Shown: positions 29,042 to 39,447 of the stretch, one piece after another
How the letters are laid out: every line of letters starts with the position of its first letter
Numbering within the stretch: position 1 is the first letter of the stretch
NCBI GenBank assembly: GCA_965204745.1
Contig: OZ242010.1
Span: 5,408,001 to 5,472,000, forward strand
From: Candidatus Latescibacterota bacterium
GTDB taxonomy: Bacteria > Latescibacterota > UBA2968
DNA: 64,000 nt
Direction: 5' to 3'
The notes under the pieces: model-generated
What the model saw: only the letters and a program-made list of their open reading frames with translations
What the model was told of the DNA's origin: nothing
The model's database searches: none
Position numbers and translations under genes: made by a program

Positions 29042-30988
29042 TCATTCTATCGCAAAGTGAATGTCGTCTGCCCATGGATCGACTCGCGTGAGGCGGGCGG
29101 TTATGTGGTCGCCGGGGCGAAGGGGCGAGGGTGGGCGGGCGTCAACTTGCAGGGCCAAGGTGAGGATTTCGATTCGGGCGCGTTGTTCCCGAACATCCAA
29201 AACGAGTGCGTCGAATGTCTGGCCTTTGTGTTGCGCGAGGTGGTGATAGACCCAGTAGCGTTCGCGGCGGCGTTCCAAGCGGCTGATCAGGCGCAACCGT
29301 TCTTCGATTTCGGGCCGCAACGCGGTCAGTGCATCAAACGAATAGGGCGGGGCCTCGTCGTTGAGAATCGCCACGAGTTGCCGCTGTGAGACCAGATCGA
29401 CAAATCGCCGCAGGGGGGAAGTGACCTGGCAATAGGGTTCGACGCCCAATCCCCCGTGAAGGCCCGGCTCTAATGACATGGCCGCAGCGCGCATGCGCGT
29501 CAAGACCCGATAGCGGTGCAACAACTCGTTGTGCGTGGGTTCTAAATCGGAGAGGTCGGGCATGTCTTGGATGCGAAAAATCGCCGGGGCATTTTGATCG
29601 ACACACAATTTTGCGGCTTCGACATTGGCCTTGACCATCAACTCGCTGACCAGCACATCGGCCCGGGAATCGCGCGGTTTGACCGCGATATCCACCCTGC
29701 CATCGGCCGAGACCTGCACGCGGCGGGTGACTTGATCCACGGCGATGGCACCTGCTTCTACGCGCTGGATCAAAAGCGATTCTGCCGCGTGGAACAGGGC
29801 GGACAACATCGCGTGCCGCGGATGCGTCTCATCGTCGAGAATCGCATCCACATCCTCGTAACTCAATTTCTCGCAACACCGGATCGCGGACAGTGCCCAA
29901 GTCGGCGTTGTCGCGACGCCATCGCGCCCCACATCCCACAACAAACTGACGGTCAACCGAGTTTCACGCGGCAACAGACTGCCCAGATTTTCCGAGAGAT
30001 CGGGCGGCAGCATGGGAAAAGTCGCCTCGGGCAAGTACAGACTGGCCCCGCGGCTTTGGGCGGCTTCATCCAAGGCGGACCGCACCGGGATCAGCGCGGC
30101 AACGTCGGTAATATGCACCCCCACTTGAACCCCGCCATCTTCCCGAAATTGAATGGACACCGCGTCATCCATGTCGGTCGTGGATGCGTGGTCGATAGTC
30201 ACGGCGTCCAAAAACGTGAGGTCTTCGCGGTTTTCAAAAAGCGATTCGAGTTGTAGCGCGCCCGCTTCTTTGAGCACCACATCGGGGAAATCGAGATCGA
30301 AGTCCTCGCGCATCAGCTCGACAAAGGCGTGCTCGTCCCACAGACCTTCGGCGACGACGCGCAGGTATGCCCGCCGCGCAGAAATGGATTCGCCGGCCAT
30401 GCGTTCAAGCCAAGGCGCGTACCGGCTTCGTCCGCCGTACAGTGCCACGTCTTTTAACCGATCCATCCAGTCGGCATCCCCTTGCCCAGAACCGTTCAGC
30501 CACGCCAAAAACCGCTCGCGCTCGGCCTCTCGCGCTTTGGCGAGGGCGGCCATTTTCAGCCTGCGATCCACCTCTACCCGATTCGCAGCGTGAAACTTGC
30601 ACCCCGCGGCATCAAAATAAACACTTGTTTCCAAAGCGATTAAAAATGCCGACATTTGTTCGGGCGCGGGCGCGTGGGCGCAATACAATTCGGCCAATTC
30701 GCGCAAGTGCCAACCCTCGTCTTCTCCTACGATGAGTTCCCACAGTTCGCGGAGATCCATAGCCGCGCTGGCCCTTTCTGCGCGCTTGAACCACGCCTTG
30801 CCGGCGGATTTGTCCCGTCCGACGCGCCCTGTTGGTTGCAGGATGTTGTCGAGAGGCACATTGAGGGATGTTTTCGCAGAGACCGCAAATCTGGCTCTGG
30901 TATGCGAAATGTTGACACACACCCCCGCCAGCAACCGATTGCGGTAGCGAAACAAGACGATTTCGTTTTCTGTGGGTCGCGCATTCAT
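29042..30988 (-). CDS. Ribonuclease II/R (RNB domain) protein
   Basis: IDHASTTDMDDA catalytic motif, VHITDV, H.GLG..PY.QVTSPLRRF.DL. Confidence 0.9.
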   Translation of the reverse strand: MNARPTENEIVLFRYRNRLLAGVCVNISHTRARFAVSAKTSLNVPLDNILQPTGRVGRDKSAGKAWFKRAERASAAMDLRELWELIVGEDEGWHLRELAELYCAHAPAPEQMSAFLIALETSVYFDAAGCKFHAANRVEVDRRLKMAALAKAREAERERFLAWLNGSGQGDADWMDRLKDVALYGGRSRYAPWLERMAGESISARRAYLRVVAEGLWDEHAFVELMREDFDLDFPDVVLKEAGALQLESLFENREDLTFLDAVTIDHASTTDMDDAVSIQFREDGGVQVGVHITDVAALIPVRSALDEAAQSRGASLYLPEATFPMLPPDLSENLGSLLPRETRLTVSLLWDVGRDGVATTPTWALSAIRCCEKLSYEDVDAILDDETHPRHAMLSALFHAAESLLIQRVEAGAIAVDQVTRRVQVSADGRVDIAVKPRDSRADVLVSELMVKANVEAAKLCVDQNAPAIFRIQDMPDLSDLEPTHNELLHRYRVLTRMRAAAMSLEPGLHGGLGVEPYCQVTSPLRRFVDLVSQRQLVAILNDEAPPYSFDALTALRPEIEERLRLISRLERRRERYWVYHHLAQHKGQTFDALVLDVREQRARIEILTLALQVDARPPSPLRPGDHITARLTRVDPWADDIHFAIE

Positions 30989-31051
30989 AAATACTCCACA
31001 AAACAAAACAGCAGACGAATGCCATCCGCCTGCCGCCGTGTCGAGACACCT

Positions 31052-31489
31052 CTAAAGGGTGGCTAACAACGCCTCTGGATGCGTGCGGGCATTGACATTG
31101 GCGTGTACTTGTGCGATCACGCCATCGGGTGCAATGACGTAGGTCATGCGTTTGGCCGCGCGGTCAGATGTCGATTGGCACGCGCCATAAGTTAGACAGA
31201 TTTCGCGTTTTGTGTCGCACAACAACGGGTAGCCAAAATTCTGTGCGGTTGCGAACTTGGCATTGGCAACACTATCGTCTGTGCTCACGCCCAAGAGTTG
31301 CACATTCTTGGCCGCATAGTCTTGGATTCGCGCCTGGAATCCCTGGCCTTCAGCCGTTCAGCCACCCGTGCTCGCCCTCGGATAAAACCAGAGCACGACG
31401 GTCTTGCCGCGATAATCGCTGAGCCTCACCTCATTGCCTGCGTGATCTTTGACCAAAAAATCAGGCGCGACATCACCAACAGCGAGCAT
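31052..31489 (-). CDS. bcp: Peroxiredoxin (BCP-like), probable selenoprotein (UGA at codon 44)
   Basis: MLAVGDVAPDF...VVLWFYPRASTGG-U-TAEGQGF; TGA at 31358-31360 sits at the peroxidatic Cys position; the frame continues into ORF 31052..31303; downstream hairpin. Confidence 0.85.
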
Positions 31490-31714
31490 AGTTCCTCCTC
31501 AAAAAAATGAACGTCTTTGCAAACGCAACCAATATAGGCAAATGGGGTATGGAAAACCAGAGGGAAATAAGCGGTTGGCGATCAGCCCTCCCCGCACCAC
31601 CCGGCCAAATGCGACTTGTTTTTTGACCGCTTGTTTCGCTAACCGCTGAAACAAGCCTTTACACCTGCTCTATTTTGTGTATCTTGGGATTGACACTGAC
31701 CACTTGAGGATGAA

Positions 31715-31790
31715 CTGAGACTGACCAACCCTCTTACCTCTCCCGTCTCACGTCTCACCGAAGGGCGGTTGGGCGGGGCGGTGAGGCGGG
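31715..31790. repeat. Pyrimidine-strand heptamer module upstream of dipeptidase
   Basis: ctcttacctctcccgtctcacgtctcaccgaagggcggttgggcgggg. Confidence 0.7.
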
Positions 31791-31824
31791 ATTCGTCTAT
31801 TCGCACTTTTTCCGAGGATAACCC

Positions 31825-32895
31825 ATGTTAATCATCGACAGCCATTTGGACCTCGCCTTTTGCGCCATTCAGGTCAACCGCGACCTCACGCAACCCGCGG
31901 CAACCGTGCGGGTTCACGATTCAGACGCGACCACGCGCAGTTTTGGGTCGTGTACGACCACGTTTCCCGAGTTGCACAAAGGCCATGTGGGGATTGTGTT
32001 TGGCACGGTGATGTCGCGCATCGACCAAAAGGACCGCTGGACGCGCACGGGCATGTGGGATCAGACGCAGTGTTATGGCATTGGAATGGGGCATCTCGCG
32101 TTTTATCGGGCGATGGAACGGCGCGGGGTCATTCGGCAGATTCACACGGTTGCGGATTTGGACGCTTGTATCGCGGCGTGGGCACATCCCGCGGCAGATA
32201 CGCCCATCGGCTTGGTGCTGGCGATGGAAAGCGCGGATCCGATTCTCGATCCGGATTGCGTCTCCGAATGGCGCGATTTGGGCTTGCGAATGGTGAGCCT
32301 GTCGCATTATGGCGTGAGTTCCTATTGCCACGGCACCGGCACCGAAGGCGGGTTGCTGGACAGGGGCAAGCCCTTGCTCGACGCGCTCAAAGCCGCGGGC
32401 ATCATCGTGGATTTGACCCATACGACTGATCAAGCATTTTGGGAAATCCTCGATTATTACGACGGCCCGGTCGCGGCGAGTCACCACAACTGCCGCGCAC
32501 TCACGCCCGGTCAGCGGCAGTTGACAGATGAGATGATCGAGGCGATAATCGCACGCGGTGGGGTCATCGGCGCGGCATTCGATGCGTGGATGCTCGATCC
32601 GCACTGGCAACGCGACATCCCCTGTTATGAACAAAGCACGCAGGCCACGCTCGAGACCGTGGTCGATCACATCGATCACGTCTGCCAACTCGCGGGCAAT
32701 GCCAACCACGCGGGCATCGGCAGCGATCTCGATGGCGGATTCGGGCAAGAACAATCCCCACGCGATCTCAATACCATCGCGGACCTGCAAAACCTGTTGC
32801 CCATCTTTGACCGACGCGGATACGCCCAAGCCGATGTAGAACGGGTCATGTCCGGGAACTGGGTGCGGTTGTTGAAATCGGTTTGGGAGAGGTGA
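31825..32895 (+). CDS. Membrane dipeptidase (peptidase M19)
   Basis: IDSHLD, MESAD, DLTH, SHHNCR, IGSDLDGG, GNW. Confidence 0.9.
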   Translation: MLIIDSHLDLAFCAIQVNRDLTQPAATVRVHDSDATTRSFGSCTTTFPELHKGHVGIVFGTVMSRIDQKDRWTRTGMWDQTQCYGIGMGHLAFYRAMERRGVIRQIHTVADLDACIAAWAHPAADTPIGLVLAMESADPILDPDCVSEWRDLGLRMVSLSHYGVSSYCHGTGTEGGLLDRGKPLLDALKAAGIIVDLTHTTDQAFWEILDYYDGPVAASHHNCRALTPGQRQLTDEMIEAIIARGGVIGAAFDAWMLDPHWQRDIPCYEQSTQATLETVVDHIDHVCQLAGNANHAGIGSDLDGGFGQEQSPRDLNTIADLQNLLPIFDRRGYAQADVERVMSGNWVRLLKSVWER

Positions 32896-32976
32896 ACTGG
32901 TAACCACGGATGAAAGGCGAGGGTCGAGGCATGGCCCCCTGCTCGCCCAAAGAGGCGAGAGAAAGGAGATTTTGCA

Positions 32977-33258
32977 ATGCGCTTCATTCAGATAAGAGAT
33001 CTGCGCCCATCCGAGGTTTGGGAGCAGTTGGCTGATGAGCGAGAAATGGTGATTACGGCTCGGGGAAAGCCCGTCGCTATTTTGTCCTCTGTTTCCGATG
33101 CGAATTGGGCAGAGACCCTGGCGGCTGTTCGCCGCGTGCGTGCGATTCAAGCGGTTGATGAACTCCAAACGCAATCGGTTGTAAATGGTCTCGATGAGAT
33201 GAGCGCAAAAAAAATAGACCGCGAAATCCAAGCCGTGCGAAAACGGACTGACCACTGA
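32977..33258 (+). CDS. Phd/YefM family antitoxin (orphan)
   Basis: MRFIQIRDLR...EMVITARGKPVAIL; no toxin gene follows. Confidence 0.8.
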   Translation: MRFIQIRDLRPSEVWEQLADEREMVITARGKPVAILSSVSDANWAETLAAVRRVRAIQAVDELQTQSVVNGLDEMSAKKIDREIQAVRKRTDH

Positions 33259-33276
33259 CCACTGAAGGAGACAAAC

Positions 33277-34740
33277 ATGTCAGAGCGTCCGAATTTGTTG
33301 TTGATCACAACGGATCAACAGCGCGGGGATTGTTTGGGATGCGACGGGCATCCGGTATTGGAGACGCCGTATCTCGACGAATTGGCCGAACAGGGGGCGC
33401 GTTTTCCCCATGCCTATACGTCTGTGCCGTCGTGTACGCCTGCGCGAGCCGGGATTTTGACCGGCATGGATCAGTGGCACCACGGGCGGTTGACCATGAC
33501 CGGGGCCGATCCATTGGAATATCCGGCGACCTTGCCTGGGGAACTCGCAAAGGCCGGGTATCACACGCAGGCCGTGGGCAAGATGCACCACGCGCCGCAG
33601 CGCAGGTTGTACGGGTTCCACCACATGGTGTTGGATGAAAGCGGGCGGCGCATGGGCGATTTCATCAGCGATTACCACCTCTTTTTTGAGCAACACAAAC
33701 AGGGCGCGTACGGGTACCGCGACCACAGCGTGGATTGGAATTCGTGGATGGCGCGGCCGAGTCACTTGCCCGAGCATCTGCACCCCACGCATTGGACCGC
33801 GAGCGAGGGGATCAAGTTTTTGCAACAACGCGACCCGACCAAGCCGTTCTTCATGTGGCTCTCGTTTGCGCGGCCGCATTCGCCCTACGACGCGCCCCAA
33901 GCGTATTGGGATATGTACATCCACAACGAGGACATCCCCAAAGCCGCAATCGGGGACTGGGCCGCGGAATTTGACCACGAGATCGCGGATGTCAACGCGC
34001 CGCGCACGCATCGCACAGACGCGGAAACGCATCGCGCACGCGCGGGATACTACGGCAACATCACGTTTATCGATCACCAAATCGGGCGCGTGCTCTACGA
34101 GTTGCGTCGGCACGACCCGAACACCTATCGCAATACCCTGATCATCTTCACCTCTGACCACGGCGATATGATGGGCGACCACCACCATTGGCGAAAGACC
34201 TACGCCTATGAGGGGTCGGCGCGCATTCCGTTTATCGTCAAATATCCGGATGCGTGGCGCGATGTGGCGCGGGGTGTGGCGTACGACCATCCCATAGAGT
34301 TGCGCGACGTCATGCCCACCATGCTCCACGCGGCCGGGGTGGATATACCCGCGTCTGTGGATGGACAGTCCCTGTTGGACATTGCACGCGGTCAGGCCGA
34401 TAGCTGGCGCGAGTTTGTGCAGGGCGAGCATACGACGTGTTATACCCGAGAACACGGCATGCAATACGTCACGGACGGGCATGAAAAGTACATCTATTTT
34501 CACCACACCGGGGAAGAACAGTTTTTCAACTTGGATGACGATCCCCTAGAATGCTGCGAGTTGTCCAAAGACCCGGCCTGTGCGGACCGCGTGGCCCTGT
34601 GGCGCGGGCGATTGGCAGAGATAAATGAAAATCGCGGGGACCCACGCGGGCAAAATGGCGAACTCGTGCCGCAGGTGGATGGCGCGTTATCCCTGTCGCC
34701 GAATTATTACAAGTGGAAAGAAAGATGCGGTGAGACGTGA
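33277..34740 (+). CDS. Arylsulfatase/sulfatase
   Basis: RPNLLLITTDQQRGD, CTPARA, GKMH, PHSPYD, SDHGD. Confidence 0.92.
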   Translation: MSERPNLLLITTDQQRGDCLGCDGHPVLETPYLDELAEQGARFPHAYTSVPSCTPARAGILTGMDQWHHGRLTMTGADPLEYPATLPGELAKAGYHTQAVGKMHHAPQRRLYGFHHMVLDESGRRMGDFISDYHLFFEQHKQGAYGYRDHSVDWNSWMARPSHLPEHLHPTHWTASEGIKFLQQRDPTKPFFMWLSFARPHSPYDAPQAYWDMYIHNEDIPKAAIGDWAAEFDHEIADVNAPRTHRTDAETHRARAGYYGNITFIDHQIGRVLYELRRHDPNTYRNTLIIFTSDHGDMMGDHHHWRKTYAYEGSARIPFIVKYPDAWRDVARGVAYDHPIELRDVMPTMLHAAGVDIPASVDGQSLLDIARGQADSWREFVQGEHTTCYTREHGMQYVTDGHEKYIYFHHTGEEQFFNLDDDPLECCELSKDPACADRVALWRGRLAEINENRGDPRGQNGELVPQVDGALSLSPNYYKWKERCGET

Positions 34741-34842
34741 GACGTAAGAGGGGAGACGGGAGAGGTAAGAGGCAAGAGGGGAGACGCAAACCGTAAGACG
34801 CGAGAGACCGGCCATGTAGGGACGAGCCCCCGTGCCTGTCCG
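34731..34842. repeat. Purine heptamers + GTAG-type REP-like palindrome
   Basis: (GAGACGT/GAGGCAA)n then GTAGGGACGAGCCCCCGTGCCTGTCC. Confidence 0.7.
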
Positions 34843-34904
34843 TGTAGCTGATCTCGAGACAATCCCCCATACAGGTGATCGCTGATCCAAGATGCGAGGA
34901 TGCT

Positions 34905-35402
34905 ATGGCGCGAAAATACTGGCTCGTCAAGTGCGAGTACGACGTGTGTTCTTTTGAAACACTGAGCAACCGGCCCGGGGGCAGGGGGTATTGGCGCGGG
35001 GTACGCAATTATCAGGCGCGCAATTTTATCCGCGACGACATGCAAAAAGGGGATTGGGCACTGTTCTACCAGTCGAATTGCAAAGACCCCGGCATTGCGG
35101 GCCTCGTGGAAATCGTGCGTGCGGGGTACCCCGATCCCTCGCAATTTGACGCCGATGACCCGTACTACGACCCGAAAGCCACAACGGACGACCCGCGCTG
35201 GTTTTCCTTTGACGTGCAATGGTCAACGGCGTTTGAGCCTTATGTGAGCCTGAAAGACCTCAAGAACAATCCCAAACTCGGGGATATGAAAGTGGTGCAA
35301 CGCGGGCAACGCTTGTCCATCCAACCCGTGACAAAACGAGAGTTCGACATCGTCTGCGAAATGGGCGGACTGACTCCTCCCCGCCCAACCGCCCTTCGGT
35401 AA
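34905..35402 (+). CDS. EVE domain-containing protein
   Basis: YWLVKCE, W.GVRNYQARNF, FYQS, RLSIQPV. Confidence 0.9.
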   Translation: MARKYWLVKCEYDVCSFETLSNRPGGRGYWRGVRNYQARNFIRDDMQKGDWALFYQSNCKDPGIAGLVEIVRAGYPDPSQFDADDPYYDPKATTDDPRWFSFDVQWSTAFEPYVSLKDLKNNPKLGDMKVVQRGQRLSIQPVTKREFDIVCEMGGLTPPRPTALR

Positions 35403-35588
35403 GACGGAAGACGGAAGATGGAAGTTTAGCCACAAAAGGCACAAAAGGTGAGCAGTGTGTAGGGGCGATGACCTCGTGCTCGCCCAAAGATACAAAGACG
35501 GTGGGCCTTCTCACCTCTCCCCTCTGCCCTCTTACGTCTGCGGCCGGGCGGGGCGGACTGACAACCGACAACCGACAACTGACAACTC
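35366..35588. repeat. Composite intergenic repeat mosaic (heptamers, family B end, GTAG REP)
   Basis: GTAGGGGCGATGACCTCGTGCTCGCCC at 35459-35485; (GACAACC/T)n before ATG 35591. Confidence 0.75.
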
Positions 35589-35590
35589 CC

Positions 35591-36751
35591 ATGACCAAAA
35601 CCATCATCATGCCCAAATACGGGCTTCAGCAAGACGAAGGCACGGTTGTTGAATGGCGCGTCAAAGAGGGCGACCACGTCAACAAGGGCGATGTGTTGCT
35701 CGACTTGGAAACGGACAAAGCCCTGTTTGAATACGAATCGCCCGAAACCGGGTATGTCCGCAAACTCGTGGCGCGAGATGGCGACGTGGTGCCCGTGCTC
35801 TCGGTGATCGCGCTGATTACCGATGAAGCCGACGAAGCCATCGAGCACACCGAGACGACAGAACAGGGCGCGAGCGAAGCGGCGGAAACAACCGCTGTGA
35901 GCCGAGAACCCGAACCTGCGCGACGAGCTCCCGATCAGCGCGTCAAGCGGTCGCCTGCTGCACGGCGGCGCGCCCGCGAGCTCGAGATGGACCTCGCCAC
36001 TATCGCGGGCACGGGGCCGGGCGGGCGCATCGTATTGGCCGATGTTGAACGCGCAGCCTCTGCCGCGCCGAGTTCGACCGTGCTTTCGCGCATGCGGCAG
36101 GCCATTGGCAAAACCATGGCGTACAGCAAAAGCACCATCCCGCACTTTTATGTCGCTGCGGAAATCGACCTGACAGATGCGGAAGTCTGGCGAAAAAACC
36201 TCGCGGAGACAGATGGCATCGCGCTCTCGGTGACGGACCTCTTTGTCAAAGCCGCAGCCGATGCCCTCGCCCAATACCCGGCCCTGAATGCCAGTCTGGA
36301 TGGCGAAACCGCAGTCATCCTGCACGACGCGGTCAACATCGGCCTCGCCGTTGGCACAGACGACGGCCTTGTGGTGCCGGTCATTCCAAACGCGGACAAG
36401 GCATTTTTGACCGACTTGGCAGACGAGCGCGGTCAGCGCGTTGCCGAAGCCCGGCAGGGCAAATTGCGCGGCGACGCCCGTGCCACGTTCACCATCTCGA
36501 ACCTGGGGATGTACGGGGTCACGTCGTTCACCGCCATTGTCAACCCGCCCGAAGCCGCGATTTTAGCTATCGGCGCGGCCATTCCCCGCGTTGTGCCCAT
36601 CGGCGACGGCCTGACCATTGGCATCCGCCGAATTGCCGAAGTCACTCTGTCTGCGGATCACCGCCTCGTGGATGGCGTGGTCGCAGCGCAATTCCTCCAA
36701 GCCCTCAAACGCAATTTGGAAGATACCGACCAATTGGAGCGGTGGTTGTGA
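35591..36751 (+). CDS. 2-oxoacid dehydrogenase E2 (dihydrolipoamide acyltransferase)
   Basis: ETDKA lipoyl motif, SPAARR..GTGPGGRI, FTISNLG, DHRLVDG. Confidence 0.92.
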   Translation: MTKTIIMPKYGLQQDEGTVVEWRVKEGDHVNKGDVLLDLETDKALFEYESPETGYVRKLVARDGDVVPVLSVIALITDEADEAIEHTETTEQGASEAAETTAVSREPEPARRAPDQRVKRSPAARRRARELEMDLATIAGTGPGGRIVLADVERAASAAPSSTVLSRMRQAIGKTMAYSKSTIPHFYVAAEIDLTDAEVWRKNLAETDGIALSVTDLFVKAAADALAQYPALNASLDGETAVILHDAVNIGLAVGTDDGLVVPVIPNADKAFLTDLADERGQRVAEARQGKLRGDARATFTISNLGMYGVTSFTAIVNPPEAAILAIGAAIPRVVPIGDGLTIGIRRIAEVTLSADHRLVDGVVAAQFLQALKRNLEDTDQLERWL

Positions 36752-36756
36752 AATGC

Positions 36757-36847
36757 GGTAAGAGGTGAGACGGGAGAGGTGAGACGGGAGAGGTGAGACG
36801 GCCATCGCGCTATCCCGATCAAGTAGTCAGTAGTCAGTTGTCAGTCT
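36757..36847. repeat. Heptamer repeats
   Basis: (GAGGTGAGACGGGA)x3 and agtagtcagtagtcagttgtcagt. Confidence 0.75.
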
Positions 36848-37035
36848 CCGCCTCCGCCCTACCGCCATTCGTCATACGGACTAATAGTAGCACATGCTTT
36901 GACGAAAGCAGTCTCCGTGATCGCCTAAAGATACGAAGGGCCACCGGCCATTCTCCCAAAGCGATGTGTGGGCTAATCGCTCGTTTTGCTGACCGCTGAT
37001 CGTTGATCGCTTAAAGCTCTCACCGAGGAGTTTCG

Positions 37036-37998
37036 ATGTCTCTATCCCCTGAAATTTTGATCAAAATGTACCGCACAATGCTCCGCATCCGCAGGTTTGA
37101 GGAGCAAATCTGGGAGGTCTATACCAGCGGCCTCATGCACGGATTGGCGCATCTCTACATCGGCGAGGAAGCCGTTGCCGTGGGGGTTTGCGCGGCCCTG
37201 CGCGATGACGATTTCATCACCAGCACGCACCGCGGGCACGGGCATTGCGTTGCCAAAGGCGGGAATCTCGAAGCGATGATGGCCGAAGTGATGGGCCGGG
37301 TCACGGGGCATTGCCGGGGCAAGGGCGGGTCTATGCACATCGCGGACATGTCCGTTGGTATCCTCGGCGCGAACGGCATTGTCGGCGGGGGATTTGGCAT
37401 TGCCACGGGCGCGGGTCTGTCTGCAAAACAGCGCGGCACAGACCAGGTGGCGGTCTGCTTTTTTGGCGACGGCGCGTCCAATCAGGGCATTTTTTTTGAG
37501 GTGATGAACTTCGCCGCGATCTGGAAACTCCCGGTCATCTACGTCTGCGAAAACAACCACTACGGGGAATACACGCCCACCGAAAGCGTCACCGCCGGAC
37601 CGCGCATTGCGGACCGCGCCCTGCCCTTTGGCATTCCGAGCGCGACGGTGGATGGCAGCGACGCCATCGCCGTGTATCGGGCCACAGCCGAAGCGGTCGC
37701 GCGCGCGAGACAGGGCGAAGGGGCCACCCTCATCGAGTGCGACACGTATCGCTATCGCGGCCACCATGTGGGCGATCCGGGGGAAGGCTATCGGCCAAAA
37801 GAGGAAATTGAAGCGTGGATGGCAAAAGACCCCATCGAGCGGTTGCGGAAGAAAATCGTCGGGGACGATCTCGCGTCTGAAGCCGAACTCGACGCGGAAG
37901 TGCGCGAAGTGGAACGGGAAATGGAAAACGCTTTGGAGGCGGCCAAAGCCGCGCCCTATCCCGAGGTTGCGGAGGTGAACCAGCATGTCTATGCGTGA
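37036..37998 (+). CDS. TPP-dependent dehydrogenase E1 alpha (AcoA/PdhA-like)
   Basis: HRGHGH, GKGGSMH, FFGDGA, CENN.Y, TYRYRGH. Confidence 0.92.
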   Translation: MSLSPEILIKMYRTMLRIRRFEEQIWEVYTSGLMHGLAHLYIGEEAVAVGVCAALRDDDFITSTHRGHGHCVAKGGNLEAMMAEVMGRVTGHCRGKGGSMHIADMSVGILGANGIVGGGFGIATGAGLSAKQRGTDQVAVCFFGDGASNQGIFFEVMNFAAIWKLPVIYVCENNHYGEYTPTESVTAGPRIADRALPFGIPSATVDGSDAIAVYRATAEAVARARQGEGATLIECDTYRYRGHHVGDPGEGYRPKEEIEAWMAKDPIERLRKKIVGDDLASEAELDAEVREVEREMENALEAAKAAPYPEVAEVNQHVYA

Positions 37999-38974
37999 AC
38001 TGAATTATGGCGAAGCGGTCAAAGAAGCCATTGCCGAGGAAATGCGGCGCGATCCCACGGTGTTTCTGATGGGCGAAGACGTGGGCAGAGCGGGCACGGT
38101 GTTCAAAGTGCTTTCCGGGTTGCACGATGAATTTGGCGACGACCGGGTGATGGACACGCCCATTGCCGAAGCGGGTTTGGTGGGCTTGGGCGTTGGCGCG
38201 GCACTGACCGGGTCGCGGCCCATTGTGGATATCATGTTCGGCGATTTCATCACCTTGGCGATGGATCAAATCGTCAACCAAGCCGCCAAATTGCGCTATA
38301 TGTCCGGAGGGCAGGCCCGCGTGCCCCTCACCATCCGCTCCACGATGGGCGCGGGGCGATCCTCTGCGGCGCAACATTCGCAGAGTTTGCACGCCTGGCT
38401 CGCGCACATTCCCGGGCTCAAAATCGCCATCCCATCCACGCCCGCAGACGCCAAGGGCCTCTTCAAATCCGCTGTGCGAGACGACAACCCAGTGGTCATC
38501 TACGAAGACAAAATGATGTACGCGCTCAAGGGCATGGTGCCCACGCAAGACGATTATACCATTCCGTTTGGACAGGCGGACATCAAGCGCGAAGGGGACG
38601 ACGTAACCCTGATCGCCACGTCGAGCATGGTTCACGTCGCATTAGAAGCTGCCGCCGAACTCGCGGAACAGGGCATCAGCGCAGAGGTCGTGGATCCGCG
38701 CACCCTCGTCCCCTTAGACAGCGAAACCCTCATCAACTCCGTGGTCAAAACCACCCGTGCGGTCATCATCGACGAAGGCCACAAGAGTTTTGGCATCACC
38801 GGAGAACTCGCCTCTATGGTCTATCGCGGCGCGTTCGACTACATAGACGCGCCCATCGCCCGCCTCGGTGCGATGGACGTGCCCGTTCCCTTCAGCAAAC
38901 CCCTCGAAGACGCCACCATCCCCACAGCAACAGATGTAATCAACGCGGTGCGGGAGATGGGGATAAGCTCTTGA
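37985..38974 (+). CDS. Dehydrogenase E1 beta (AcoB/PdhB-like)
   Basis: GEDVG, DTPIAE, AQHSQ, DPRTL.PLD. Confidence 0.92.
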   Translation: MSMRELNYGEAVKEAIAEEMRRDPTVFLMGEDVGRAGTVFKVLSGLHDEFGDDRVMDTPIAEAGLVGLGVGAALTGSRPIVDIMFGDFITLAMDQIVNQAAKLRYMSGGQARVPLTIRSTMGAGRSSAAQHSQSLHAWLAHIPGLKIAIPSTPADAKGLFKSAVRDDNPVVIYEDKMMYALKGMVPTQDDYTIPFGQADIKREGDDVTLIATSSMVHVALEAAAELAEQGISAEVVDPRTLVPLDSETLINSVVKTTRAVIIDEGHKSFGITGELASMVYRGAFDYIDAPIARLGAMDVPVPFSKPLEDATIPTATDVINAVREMGISS

Positions 38975-38985
38975 AAGAAATCCTA

Positions 38986-39321
38986 GGTCGTAATGTGTTG
39001 CTTGATGGCTTATAGCTAAGGGACCTATCCCCCGGCCCCTTTCCTGCGAGGAAAGGGGAGTAAAGTTCCTTTGATGGCTTAGGTTGCTCTGATGGCGTTG
39101 TGCGAGGGGACCTATCCCCCGGCCCCTTTCCTGCGAGGAAAGGGGAGTAGAGTTCCTTTGATGGCTTAGGTTGCTCTGATGGCGTTGACCGAGGGCATAA
39201 AGCGATTAAAAATCCCTCATCGATACCCTCGCAAAACCGCTCACAGTTCCCCCCTTCCTCGCAGGAAGGGGGGTTAGGGGGGTAGGTCCCGATAAGGAGC
39301 GATTCTTCTGTCAACACAACC
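38986..39321 (+). mobile_element. Family E MITE shell (TA-flanked) filled with family C hairpins
   Basis: TA-GGTCGT..AATGTGTTGCTTG left end (internally deleted), TGTCAACACAACC-TA right end; 88-bp tandem duplication inside. Confidence 0.65.
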
Positions 39322-39342
39322 TACTGACTACTGCCCCTCTCA

Positions 39343-39371
39343 TTGACTTTTCTATCCTGACGCGCTATATT
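39343..39371 (+). promoter_or_regulatory. Sigma70-like promoter
   Basis: TTGACT-17 nt-TATATT upstream of the alcohol dehydrogenase gene. Confidence 0.55.
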
Positions 39372-39447
39372 ACGCGGTCTTGCGAAGTGGGAAGCTGAAA
39401 GGATCACGGGGGATGGCGTAGCAAAGGCTCTAGACTGGGAGCGGAAT

